Positions 48,514-57,073 of a stretch of 64,000 bases of DNA are shown one piece after another. The notes beneath the pieces were generated by a model. The model was not told the DNA's origin. It worked only from the letters and a program-made list of their open reading frames with translations, and did no database searches. The position numbers and the translations under genes are program-made. Each line of letters opens with the position of its first letter. Position 1 is the stretch's first letter. This stretch comes from an uncultured Thermoplasmatales archaeon (lineage in GTDB: Archaea > Thermoplasmatota > E2 > UBA202 > DSCA01): assembly GCA_964514975.1 (NCBI GenBank), contig CAZESS010000005.1, forward strand, positions 1 through 64,000. Direction: 5' to 3'.

Positions 48514-49266
48514 ATGATATCTCCACTGTACAACCGGCGGGCGCTGCATCTGCCTGACATCAACGCGGCCATCATCGCCGACCTGCACATCGGCGTAGAG
48601 TATGAGCTCTCGCTCTCCGGGGCGAACATACCGTCCCAGACCACATTGCTGGCATCACGCTGCAGGCGGCTCTGCGAGGAGCTCGACGTGGAAACGCTTC
48701 TCGTTGCAGGCGACCTCAAGCACATGATAGCCGGCGATGGGTCATCGGAGCAGGCACGGGCGATACGGCAGGAGCGCTGGGATCTCCGCTCGTTTGTGCA
48801 GTCGCTGTCCTGCTGTGCCATAAAGCTGGTGAAGGGCAACCATGACGGCGGCCTTCGCTCATCGGAGACGCTGACGGTGCATGACAGCCGGGGTATCTGC
48901 ATCGGGGAGATAGGTGTCGCTCATGGCCATGCATGGCCCTCCGGGGGGGTGATGCAGCGCGAGGTGCTGGTGATGGGGCATGTGCATCCCGTCGTCCGGC
49001 TCAGGGACGACCTGGGGTTTTCCACGTCCAAGCCCTGCTGGCTCCGCGCGCCGTTGCTGCAGGATGCGGCGCTGGAGCGATATCCCGACAGCAATCCCGA
49101 GCTGGAGGTAATCGTTGTGCCGGCGTTCAACCCGCTGTGCGGCGGGATGGCTGTCAACACCGAGGGTATCCTGGGTCCCATGCGGAGCATCATTGATGTC
49201 GACGCGGCCGAGGTATACCTGCGGGATGGCACCTATCTGGGCAACGTGGCGTCGCTCCGGCTGTAG
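48514..49266 (+). CDS. Metallophosphoesterase, archaeal ICC-like phosphoesterase
   Basis: IADLHIG, AGDLKH, KGNHDG, AHGH, MGHVHP, VPAFNPLCGG. Confidence 0.87.
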   Translation: MISPLYNRRALHLPDINAAIIADLHIGVEYELSLSGANIPSQTTLLASRCRRLCEELDVETLLVAGDLKHMIAGDGSSEQARAIRQERWDLRSFVQSLSCCAIKLVKGNHDGGLRSSETLTVHDSRGICIGEIGVAHGHAWPSGGVMQREVLVMGHVHPVVRLRDDLGFSTSKPCWLRAPLLQDAALERYPDSNPELEVIVVPAFNPLCGGMAVNTEGILGPMRSIIDVDAAEVYLRDGTYLGNVASLRL

Positions 49267-49341
49267 CTGCAACGGGATTTCTCGAACAGTATGCATCCCG
49301 CCAGCGAAGCGAAGCCATCGCTATCCCGACAAAGCAGGGGG

Positions 49342-49658
49342 TTATTGTTTCAGTTTGACCGCTGTTCCGTAGGCCAGTATCTCTGCCGCTCCGCCCATGA
49401 CCCCTGCGGTCATGAACCGCACGGTTATGACGGCGTCTGCTCCCTGTTCCTCTGCTTTTTGCGTCATTCGCTGCAGGGCTACCTCTCTGGCCTCGCTGAG
49501 CATATCTGTGTATTCCTTGATTTCGCCGCCGACCACGTGACGGAAGCCCGCTACGATATCTTTTCCGATATGTTTGGCCTGGATGGTGTTGCCTCTCACT
49601 ATCCCCAGCGTCTCCTGTATCTCCCGGTGGGCACAAAATCTGTGTCGACCACTATCAT
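49342..49658 (-). pseudogene. YbjQ/UPF0145 family gene with a 1 nt frameshift near 49629 (or sequencing error)
   Basis: ATG 49658 gives MIVVDTDFVP, then the family-like text continues in another frame: REIQETLGIVRGNTIQAKHIGKDI...AYGTAVK. Confidence 0.75.
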
Positions 49659-49884
49659 GGTTTCATGTCCTCCTCTTTTATGTTTTCTCTGTCATCGCTC
49701 GTGCGTTCCGCTGCCGTTGAAACGAACAGTATGATGATGCCGGCGGCTGTCCCTGCCCCACCGATGAACACGATGGGGGGTCGACATGCCCGAGCTCTTT
49801 CAGCAGGCCGTACAGCCCGTACAGGAGCAAGACGAGCATCCCTCCTCCAATGCAGGCCAGCCCGACCATTTGCAGCCGGTTCAT
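49655..49884 (-). pseudogene. Small two-TM membrane protein gene with frameshift in a C6 run at 49775-49780 (or sequencing error)
   Basis: Frame 1 MNRLQMVGLACIGGGMLVLLLYGLYGLLKELGHVDP joins frame 2 IVFIGGAGTAAGIIILFVSTAAE...EEDMKP*, whose stop overlaps the ybjQ start (ATGA). Confidence 0.6.
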
Positions 49885-49995
49885 GACAGGAAACCATGCA
49901 ATGTGAATATAATTTTTTGTGTCCTCTCGGGAGCTTCCAATCCAGCTGCAGGGGCAGAAGTTTTTTATCCTGTCTGCGTATTATCACGCGATATC

Positions 49996-50934
49996 ATGAA
50001 AATACTGGTGACAGACCCGGTTGCGAATGAAGCCATGGACATGCTCAGGGAAAACCACGAGGTAACGTTCAACAACATCACGGGCAGCGAGCTCGCCGCC
50101 GAGATAGGCCCCTACCATGGCCTGATGGTGCGCAGCGGCACCCAGGTCACCCGGGAGGTCATCGAGGCAGCCGGCCGCCTCACGGTCATCGGCCGCGCGG
50201 GCATCGGCGTCGACAACATCGACCTCGAGGCGGCGAGCGAGCACGACGTCAAGGTCGTCAACGCGCCGACCGGCGCCACCCCGTCGGTAGCGGAGCTCAC
50301 CATCGCTCACATGCTGGCGCTCGCCCGGCATCTCCCCCGGGCGGATAAGACCATGAAGGCGGGTGAATGGGCGAAAAAACAGCTGAAGGGCACCGAGCTC
50401 AAGGGTAAAACGCTCGGCCTGGTCGGCTGTGGCAACATCGGCAGCCTGGTCGCCGAGTACGCGCAGGCGCTGGACATGTCCGTCGTCGGCTACGATCCCT
50501 ACATCTGCGAGGAGGACCTGGCAGAGGAGGGTATCGAAAAAATGGGGTTCGAGGAGGTGCTCCGGACGGCCGACTATCTGTCGCTGCATGTGCCGCATAT
50601 CGAGGCGACGCATCACATCATCGACGCCACGGCGCTGCAGTCCATGAAGGACACCGCGTTTCTGGTGAACTGCGCCCGGGGCGGCGTCGTCGACGAGGAC
50701 GCATTGTATGAGGCGCTGAAAAACGGCGATCTTGCTGGTGCGGCACTGGATGTCTACGAGCAGGAACCGCCGGGTGAGACGAGGCTGACGGAGCTGGACA
50801 ACGTGGTGATGACGCCTCATCTGGGCGCTGCAACAAGGGAAGGACAGATACGTGCGGGGACGGTCTGCGCCGAGCAGATGCTGATGGTGCTCGATGGCAA
50901 AGAGCCCGATTTCTGGGTCAACCGGGAAAAATAG
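49996..50934 (+). CDS. serA: D-3-phosphoglycerate dehydrogenase / D-2-hydroxyacid dehydrogenase (short form)
   Basis: Start ATG 49996 MKILVTDP; VRSGT, GRAGIGVDNID, GCGNIG, NCARGGVVDE, TPHLGA. Confidence 0.8.
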   Translation: MKILVTDPVANEAMDMLRENHEVTFNNITGSELAAEIGPYHGLMVRSGTQVTREVIEAAGRLTVIGRAGIGVDNIDLEAASEHDVKVVNAPTGATPSVAELTIAHMLALARHLPRADKTMKAGEWAKKQLKGTELKGKTLGLVGCGNIGSLVAEYAQALDMSVVGYDPYICEEDLAEEGIEKMGFEEVLRTADYLSLHVPHIEATHHIIDATALQSMKDTAFLVNCARGGVVDEDALYEALKNGDLAGAALDVYEQEPPGETRLTELDNVVMTPHLGAATREGQIRAGTVCAEQMLMVLDGKEPDFWVNREK

Positions 50935-50935
50935 C

Positions 50936-51310
50936 TCAGGTATCGTATTCGTCGCTTTCCTCTGCCTCCGGCGCCTCGCCCGTCTCGCTTATGTTCTCGA
51001 TGATCTGCATCGGTTTCGGTATCATGAACTTCGGCCAGAGCGAGGTGTTGGTGAAGCAGGAAAACTCCGTGACATAGTACTCGTGGTCGCGGCTGATGAC
51101 GCCCTGCATCGTAAAAAAAATCTCCCGGCGCTCCTCGAGGTCGAGGTCGCCGTCGGTGACTTCGACGAAGGAGCCCTCGGCGCTGATTTTGTCTGGTCCC
51201 TCCAGCATGATTTCGAGGTTGAAGATACATTCAGCGATTTTTTCTTCGTCCTCCACGATGTCGCCCATGCCGATGTACAGGCCCGGATAATCGGAGAGCT
51301 CCTGCGCCAT
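50936..51310 (-). CDS. Acidic hypothetical protein
   Basis: ATG 51310 after minus-strand TATA (ATTTATGTA); coherent 124 aa ORF. Confidence 0.65.
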   Translation of the reverse strand: MAQELSDYPGLYIGMGDIVEDEEKIAECIFNLEIMLEGPDKISAEGSFVEVTDGDLDLEERREIFFTMQGVISRDHEYYVTEFSCFTNTSLWPKFMIPKPMQIIENISETGEAPEAEESDEYDT

Positions 51311-51364
51311 GGAGGTAAACACGCAGTGTACATAAATATTTTCAACCCGCTGTCCCTGTAGCTC

Positions 51365-51790
51365 ATGGACGTCATCTATTCCATCGGGCATTCCAGCAGA
51401 GATATCGATGATTTCATCATATTGCTGCAGCGGCACAGGGTGGCAATGGTGGCCGACGTCCGCCGGCACCCCGTCTCCCGTTTTGAGCATTTCAGCCGGG
51501 ACATGCTCATGGATGCGCTGCAGCGGCACGGCATCGGCTATGCCCACCTTGAGGCGCTGGGTGCTTTCCGGGGCGAGGGCTATGAGACGTGGATGACAGG
51601 CGAGGGGTGGCGGCAGGGCTACGAGCGGCTCGTCGCTCTGGCGCGACAGCGAACGACGGCGTTCATGTGCGCCGAGCGGCTGCCTCAGCGGTGCCACCGC
51701 CGTTTCATCGCCCACCGGCTCGCCCGGGATGGATGGCGGGTCGTCCATATCATCGGCAGGGGAGCATTGCAGGCCACGCTCACGCCGTAG
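51365..51790 (+). CDS. DUF488 family protein
   Basis: IYSIGHSSR, DVRRHP.SR, MCAERLPQRCHRRFIA, VVHI. Confidence 0.88.
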   Translation: MDVIYSIGHSSRDIDDFIILLQRHRVAMVADVRRHPVSRFEHFSRDMLMDALQRHGIGYAHLEALGAFRGEGYETWMTGEGWRQGYERLVALARQRTTAFMCAERLPQRCHRRFIAHRLARDGWRVVHIIGRGALQATLTP

Positions 51791-51845
51791 CTGGAGGCCA
51801 CAATGCTTTTAAGAGTGCCGGCTATACCACACAGGAGGGAATACC

Positions 51846-52886
51846 ATTTTTGACGTCCTCGAAGCAGTCATCCCCTACATCAGTGGGCTGTACACCCTGC
51901 CCTGGATAGCCGTCGGATTCGTCGGCAACCTGCTGCTCAGCCATGTTTTTGGCGAGGAGCGAGTCGCCGCCGCCATGAAAAAAATCGGGCTGGTGCTGCT
52001 GTTCGTGTTCATCCCCATCCTGCTGTTCAAGCTGTTTTTGAACATCGACTTCAAGGCCGGGGAGCTCGACTTCGCCATCCTGGCCCTGGGAGCCATGGCC
52101 TTCCTGTATCTGATAGCGTATCTGTTCGCCAGGCGGCAGGCCCCCCGGTTCACCGACGGCGGCGGTGAGCGGCTGTATTTTTTGAAGACAACCATCGTCA
52201 ACCAGGGGCGGAGCGCCGCGTTTTTCGGGAGTGCCATCCTGGCCATCGAGGAGCTGCGTATCCCCGCCGCCATCTATATCACGCTGCTCGGCATCTACCT
52301 GTTCGCCATCGTGCCATATATCCTGGCGCATCTCCACGACCGGGAGGCCGCAGCGTGTGAGACGAAAAACCCGCTGCCCCGGTTTTTGCGCGTGTTTCCC
52401 TGGTATCTCGCCGCCTTCCCCATATCGGCGACGGTCATCCACATGCAGACCGGCGTGACCACCGGCACCTATGAATGGGGCGTGCTGCTCGAGTTCGCGG
52501 CAGCGGTGACCATTCCAGCGGCGCTGTACTACGTCGGCTCGGGTATCAGGCTCGCGGACGTGACCCCGGACAAGCTCCGGCAGCTATTCTTTGGCCAGGA
52601 GGGAGAGCTGGCGAAGGTCCGGGTGCTGCTGCTGCTCACCATGGTCATCACGCCCGTTGTCGTCGCGGCGCTGTTCGGCTCGCTGTGGATGCTCGGGCTG
52701 CTGCCGGCGGCCTGGTTCGCCGTGCTGCTGCTCAACGCGGTGCTCCCCATCACGAGCACCAACATGTTCCTGGTCCCCTATGGCATCAACAAGAAGGTAA
52801 CGGCGCTGTCGGTGACCTGGTCGACCCTGTTCTCGCTGCCCCTGTTCGTGGTGCTGCTGTACGTGCTGTCCCGGGTGTTCGGATAG
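51846..52886 (+). CDS. AEC-family (auxin efflux carrier-like) permease; probable start ATT 51846 (first ATG 51975)
   Basis: ~10 TMs; FVFIPILLF, LP.TST..FLVPYG; in-frame upstream TM segment and AGGAGG at 51833-51838. Confidence 0.7.
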   Translation: MFDVLEAVIPYISGLYTLPWIAVGFVGNLLLSHVFGEERVAAAMKKIGLVLLFVFIPILLFKLFLNIDFKAGELDFAILALGAMAFLYLIAYLFARRQAPRFTDGGGERLYFLKTTIVNQGRSAAFFGSAILAIEELRIPAAIYITLLGIYLFAIVPYILAHLHDREAAACETKNPLPRFLRVFPWYLAAFPISATVIHMQTGVTTGTYEWGVLLEFAAAVTIPAALYYVGSGIRLADVTPDKLRQLFFGQEGELAKVRVLLLLTMVITPVVVAALFGSLWMLGLLPAAWFAVLLLNAVLPITSTNMFLVPYGINKKVTALSVTWSTLFSLPLFVVLLYVLSRVFG

Positions 52887-54173
52887 CTATTCCTCGACAA
52901 CCCGCTGCGCCTTGCCCATGCTCCGCGGAATCGTCTCGGGCTCGACGACATCGACGGGAATGTGCAGGTTTAGCACCGCATAGATGTCCTCCTCTATCTG
53001 CTCCGCCAGTTCGTCCAGGTGGCCCTCGCGGTGGCGCTCCCGGGTCGGCTCGATTCTGACAGTCAGCGTGGTCAGCCCCCGTTTTTCTTTTTTGATGAGC
53101 TGGTAGTGGCCGCTGGCGCCGGGCTGCTGCATCATGATCTCCTCGAGCTGGGAGGGAAACACGATGACACCCTTGATTTTCATCATGTCGTCGCTCCGGC
53201 CCTTGATACGCGAGATGACAGGCAGCGTCCGGCCGCACTCGCAGGGCTCCTCCGTATATTCGGCGATGTCGCCGGTGCGGAAGCGCAGCGCGGGAAAGCC
53301 CTCTTTGGTGATGGTGGTGAACACGAGCTCGCCCTCGCTGCCGGGCGGGAGCTGCTCACCCGTCTTGGGGTCGATTATCTCCGTCAGGAAATGATCGGCG
53401 TTGACGTGCATGCGCTGCTCCCGGCATTCGGTGACGACGCCGGGTCCGATGATCTCCGTCAGCCCGTAATGTTCATGGGCGCTGATACCCCATTTACCCT
53501 CGATTTTTTTGCGCATTTCGTCGCTCCAGGCCTCGGCGCCGAACAGGCCCAGCCGGAGCTGGAAGTCCTCCCTCGGGTCATACCCCATGTCCTGCGCGAC
53601 CTCGGCCATGAACAGCGAATATGACGGGGTGCACGCGATGGCCGTGGTGCCGAAGTCCTTCATCAGGGTTATCTGCCGCTTGGTGTTCCCCGAGCTCGTC
53701 GGGACCACCATGGCGCCGATGCGCTGCGCTCCCTTTTCAAAGCCGTGGGCGCCGGTAAACAGGCCGTAGCCGTAGGCATTCTGCATGATGTCGCCCTTGC
53801 GGAGCCCGTTCGCCCAGAGCGAGCGCGCCATGACCTCGCTCCAGAGGTCGACGTCGGCGGCCGTATATGGCCCGACGACGGGTTTGCCCGTGGTGCCCGA
53901 CGACGCGTGTACCTCGACGCAGTCTTTGAGGTCGACGCAGAGCAGGCCGAAGGGATAGTAGTCGCGGAGCTCGGCCTTGGTTAAAAACGGCAGCCGTGTG
54001 ATATCTTCAAGCGAGGTGATGTCGTCCGGCGCAACCCCGGCGTTTTTGAGCTTGTCATGGTAGTGCTCGTTGGTAGTGTAGCAGCGCTGCACCGTGTTCT
54101 GCAGCCGGCTTAGCTGCAGCTTTTTTAACTCTTTCAGGGGCAGTGTTTCATGCCGTTCGTCCCAAAAATCCAT
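52887..54173 (-). CDS. paaK: Phenylacetate-CoA ligase
   Basis: LPFLTKAELRDYYPFG, HASSGTTGKP, YGYGLFTG, YGLTEIIGPGV, RFRTGDI, GRSDDMMKIKGVIVFPSQ. Confidence 0.92.
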   Translation of the reverse strand: MDFWDERHETLPLKELKKLQLSRLQNTVQRCYTTNEHYHDKLKNAGVAPDDITSLEDITRLPFLTKAELRDYYPFGLLCVDLKDCVEVHASSGTTGKPVVGPYTAADVDLWSEVMARSLWANGLRKGDIMQNAYGYGLFTGAHGFEKGAQRIGAMVVPTSSGNTKRQITLMKDFGTTAIACTPSYSLFMAEVAQDMGYDPREDFQLRLGLFGAEAWSDEMRKKIEGKWGISAHEHYGLTEIIGPGVVTECREQRMHVNADHFLTEIIDPKTGEQLPPGSEGELVFTTITKEGFPALRFRTGDIAEYTEEPCECGRTLPVISRIKGRSDDMMKIKGVIVFPSQLEEIMMQQPGASGHYQLIKKEKRGLTTLTVRIEPTRERHREGHLDELAEQIEEDIYAVLNLHIPVDVVEPETIPRSMGKAQRVVEE

Positions 54174-54207
54174 AGTGGTAATGCGCTGCGGTTTAAAAAA
54201 TCCGTCG

Positions 54208-54747
54208 TTACAACGGGCGGCGTAGATATACCAGCCCGGCCTGCTCCTGTTCCACGGTAAAACCGAGCTTGTCGAAGAGATGGAGCATCGCCTCGTTGTC
54301 CCCGGTGACCTCGGCGGTCAACGCCGTGATATCCTGCCGCCCGGCGACCTCGATGAGATGCCGGAGCAGGGCGGTGCCCACGCCGCGATCCTGCCAGTCG
54401 TCCCTGACCACGACGGCCACCTCCGCCTCGCCGTCATGCATGGTGTACCGTCCCACGCCCAGCGGCGTCTCGCCGTCGTAGTCCATCCAGGTTGCGAGCA
54501 CCGCGACATCTCGCTCGTAGTCGTTGTCGAGATATGTGTGGAGCTCCCGGCGGGGCATCCATGTCTTGGCGTGGAACCAGCGCCGTCGCTTGGTTTCCTG
54601 CGAAAAGCTGTTGAACAGCTCGAGCATGAGCTCCTCGTCCTCGGGCCTGATGGCCCGCAGGTGGATGACGCTGCCGTCTGCTATCCGCGCGGTGGCGTGC
54701 AGCTCGTCGGGGTCAACCGGGGTATCCCGCGGCGCGTTCATCGGCAT
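54208..54747 (-). CDS. GNAT N-acetyltransferase resembling the GNAT domain of Pat-type protein lysine acetyltransferases
   Basis: DGSVIHLRAIRPEDE, S.ET..RRWF, DYERDVA, GVGRY, AEVAVVVRDDWQDRGVG, N..ML.LFDKLGF. Confidence 0.85.
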   Translation of the reverse strand: MPMNAPRDTPVDPDELHATARIADGSVIHLRAIRPEDEELMLELFNSFSQETKRRRWFHAKTWMPRRELHTYLDNDYERDVAVLATWMDYDGETPLGVGRYTMHDGEAEVAVVVRDDWQDRGVGTALLRHLIEVAGRQDITALTAEVTGDNEAMLHLFDKLGFTVEQEQAGLVYLRRPL

Positions 54748-54800
54748 GCTATACCACCGGGTGTTAAAAGCTGTTGTGGATGCACCGCCACCTGTCATCC

Positions 54801-54812
54801 GAAACTTTATAA
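54801..54812 (+). promoter_or_regulatory. BRE/TATA promoter of the truncated tfb
   Basis: GAAACTTTATAA, ending 25 nt before ATG 54838 (leaderless spacing). Confidence 0.6.
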
Positions 54813-54837
54813 CCATGCGCCGGTGTTAAAAGATGGT

Positions 54838-55500
54838 ATGTCAGATGACGATGCGGAGGACGGCGGCGTGCGGAGAGTCCTGTACCGGCGGCGGCAGCTG
54901 TACCGCCACCTCCGGTCGAAGATACCCGGCGGACGGGAGAGCACCTCGGACGTCGACAAACTGCTCCATGCCCTGCGGCTTCCCCGGGAGGCGGAGGAGA
55001 CAGCGGTCAGCCTGTACCGGAAGGCGGTTGAAACCCATACGATCCGGGGGCGGAACATGGAAACGCTGCTCGCCGCCGCTGCCTATGCCGCCTGCCGGCA
55101 GCGCGGGGTGCCGCTCACCCTCGACGACATCGCGGAGCGCTCCGGCATCGGGAGGAGGGAGGTGGGAAAGAGTTTCCGGTGGCTGGCACACGAGCTGGGG
55201 CTCAGGCTGACGCCGGCATCGCCGCTCGACTACCTCGACAGGTTTTGCCAGCAGCTCCATGCAGGCGAATGCATCAGGTCGACGGCACGGGACGTGTTGC
55301 AGCGGGCTGAGAGACGGGAGATGACCAGCGGGCGGGGCGCCACGGGGATGGCGGCTGCCGCTATCTATGTCGCCTCGATGATGTGCGGGGAAAAAATCAC
55401 GCAGCGGGACATCGCGGGCGTGACAGGGGTGACCGAGGTCACGGTCAGGAACCGGTACAAGGAGCTGGTGCGGGAGCTCAACCTCGACGTGGACGGATAA
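54838..55500 (+). CDS. tfb: Transcription factor B paralog, core cyclin repeats only (no Zn ribbon/B-reader)
   Basis: LYRKA...IRGR.METLLAAAAYAACRQ.GVP.TLDDIA; SGRGATGMAAAAIYVAS; TQRDIAGVTGVTEVTVRNRYKEL; no N-terminal CxxC. Confidence 0.88.
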   Translation: MSDDDAEDGGVRRVLYRRRQLYRHLRSKIPGGRESTSDVDKLLHALRLPREAEETAVSLYRKAVETHTIRGRNMETLLAAAAYAACRQRGVPLTLDDIAERSGIGRREVGKSFRWLAHELGLRLTPASPLDYLDRFCQQLHAGECIRSTARDVLQRAERREMTSGRGATGMAAAAIYVASMMCGEKITQRDIAGVTGVTEVTVRNRYKELVRELNLDVDG

Positions 55501-55543
55501 GGGCATGGACGCCCGCCGACAGAAAAGAACTGAAATATATTTT

Positions 55544-56881
55544 TCAGGGTGGCTCCGCCTCGAGGAGCTCGAACAGGTTGAAATAATGCACGGGGTTGTA
55601 TGAGGCTATTGTGCCCCGGCTGGCGAAACATATCGCCATGTCGCCGGTTTGCGGGCATGCGACCCATTGCTGTATCGGCATATAAAAATAGAGTTTTTGC
55701 AGCAGGAAAAAGAGCACATCATTGTTTCCGCGGTAAAAATCCCGGAACATCATCATCGTGTTGTTTACGTCCATCGTTCCCCAAACATGCTCGATGCCCT
55801 TGCTCAGAGCGACGTAATGCTTCCAGATGGCGAAATAGCTATCCTGGCCCGTTACCAATCGGAACATGCTTCGCAGGTCGCCGATGTCGTAATGCTCCCG
55901 TTGCAGCGCCGCCATCTCCGGATGTATGAAACAGTTGGGTCTCCGCAGCACATCCGCTATCATCCAGAATGGCGGTGTGGACTCCGAGGCGTCGTCGCAT
56001 CTGCATATCCGTGATGCATTGGCTGTCTGCTCGAGGACATATCCCTCCGGGATACTTCCGTCAGAAACGAACAGGTCCCACCCACAGGTTCTATTGGCCT
56101 CCAGGATATCTATCGCCTCCATACCGGAATCAGCGGTATCGAGCGCCAGCCCCATGCGGAAGCCGGCGCAGGCACCATGCAGCGTGGTATCCCCGGTCCA
56201 GCAGGTGGTCTCGCTCACCCCTATACCTTTTTCGTTGAAACCGCCATAGCTCCCGATGCAGCCTATCCACATAGGGCTCAGCGATGCATATGCATCGTCG
56301 GGATTATGCACGATTATAGCCTGGAGTTCCTGCATATATGTCCCTGTTTCCGGGTCATGCAGGAAAATGCTTAGGTCTCCGCTTCTCAGGTGGATGAGCG
56401 ATCCGTCGGCCGTGGCAGCGCCCCACATGATGGCACCGCAGCATGAAAGAAAATTAGCCGTGTCATGCAGCGTATTCAGGATACATATTTCCTCTGCGGT
56501 AACGCCTGCGCCATCCGCTATCCCCTGCATCTCGGCGATATACCGCTCGGGCACGTATGGTTTCATCACGTTCCATCGGTCGAGAAGGGATGCATAGGTG
56601 AACCCTGCATCCGCAAAAAAATCGAGCATGATACGCATCAGTATCTGTATTTCGTCCCCGAGAAGACGGCCATGCTGGTATCCCATCTCATAGTACGACC
56701 CGCTCAGATGCAAAATCCTGACGCCGTCGCGTTCCTCGAGCCATCCTCCGTCCAGTGCGCCGGCGGTGACATCTGCGCCATGCTCATGTATGAGCACGAC
56801 GGCGCTTTCAATCGAAGAAAGAGGCACAAAAAACAGTACCGTGATGCCCAGGCATACCAGTATTTTCCCTGTGTTTTTCAT
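55544..56881 (-). CDS. Secreted C45-family Ntn hydrolase/peptidase
   Basis: Signal peptide; LHLSGSYYEMGYQHGRLL, EMQGIADGAG, nucleophile region SCCGAIMWG.AT.DG, GFNEKGI. Confidence 0.85.
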   Translation of the reverse strand: MKNTGKILVCLGITVLFFVPLSSIESAVVLIHEHGADVTAGALDGGWLEERDGVRILHLSGSYYEMGYQHGRLLGDEIQILMRIMLDFFADAGFTYASLLDRWNVMKPYVPERYIAEMQGIADGAGVTAEEICILNTLHDTANFLSCCGAIMWGAATADGSLIHLRSGDLSIFLHDPETGTYMQELQAIIVHNPDDAYASLSPMWIGCIGSYGGFNEKGIGVSETTCWTGDTTLHGACAGFRMGLALDTADSGMEAIDILEANRTCGWDLFVSDGSIPEGYVLEQTANASRICRCDDASESTPPFWMIADVLRRPNCFIHPEMAALQREHYDIGDLRSMFRLVTGQDSYFAIWKHYVALSKGIEHVWGTMDVNNTMMMFRDFYRGNNDVLFFLLQKLYFYMPIQQWVACPQTGDMAICFASRGTIASYNPVHYFNLFELLEAEPP

Positions 56882-57073
56882 ATGTTGAGCCTCCCAACAG
56901 CCACATATAGTATCGGCAAACAATATTTAAAACGTGCTGTTTGTAAGCACGCCGCACGACGGCCGTGTGGCAGGCCGCCAACACGTTTTGAATCGCCTGC
57001 ATTGATGTTCGCCAGGCCACCACGGTATTAACAATAGTTAACCTTAAATATCGGGAGTATGTTGTATACTATT

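Noticed and set aside
54280-54837. N-terminal extension of TFB given by the ORF track (406 aa)
   Set aside because: It is the antisense of the GNAT gene, has no Zn-ribbon cysteines, and lies upstream of the TATA box.
55544-56881. Lower-GC C45 peptidase gene as a mobile element
   Set aside because: No integrase, transposase or flanking repeats seen; at most a single acquired gene.
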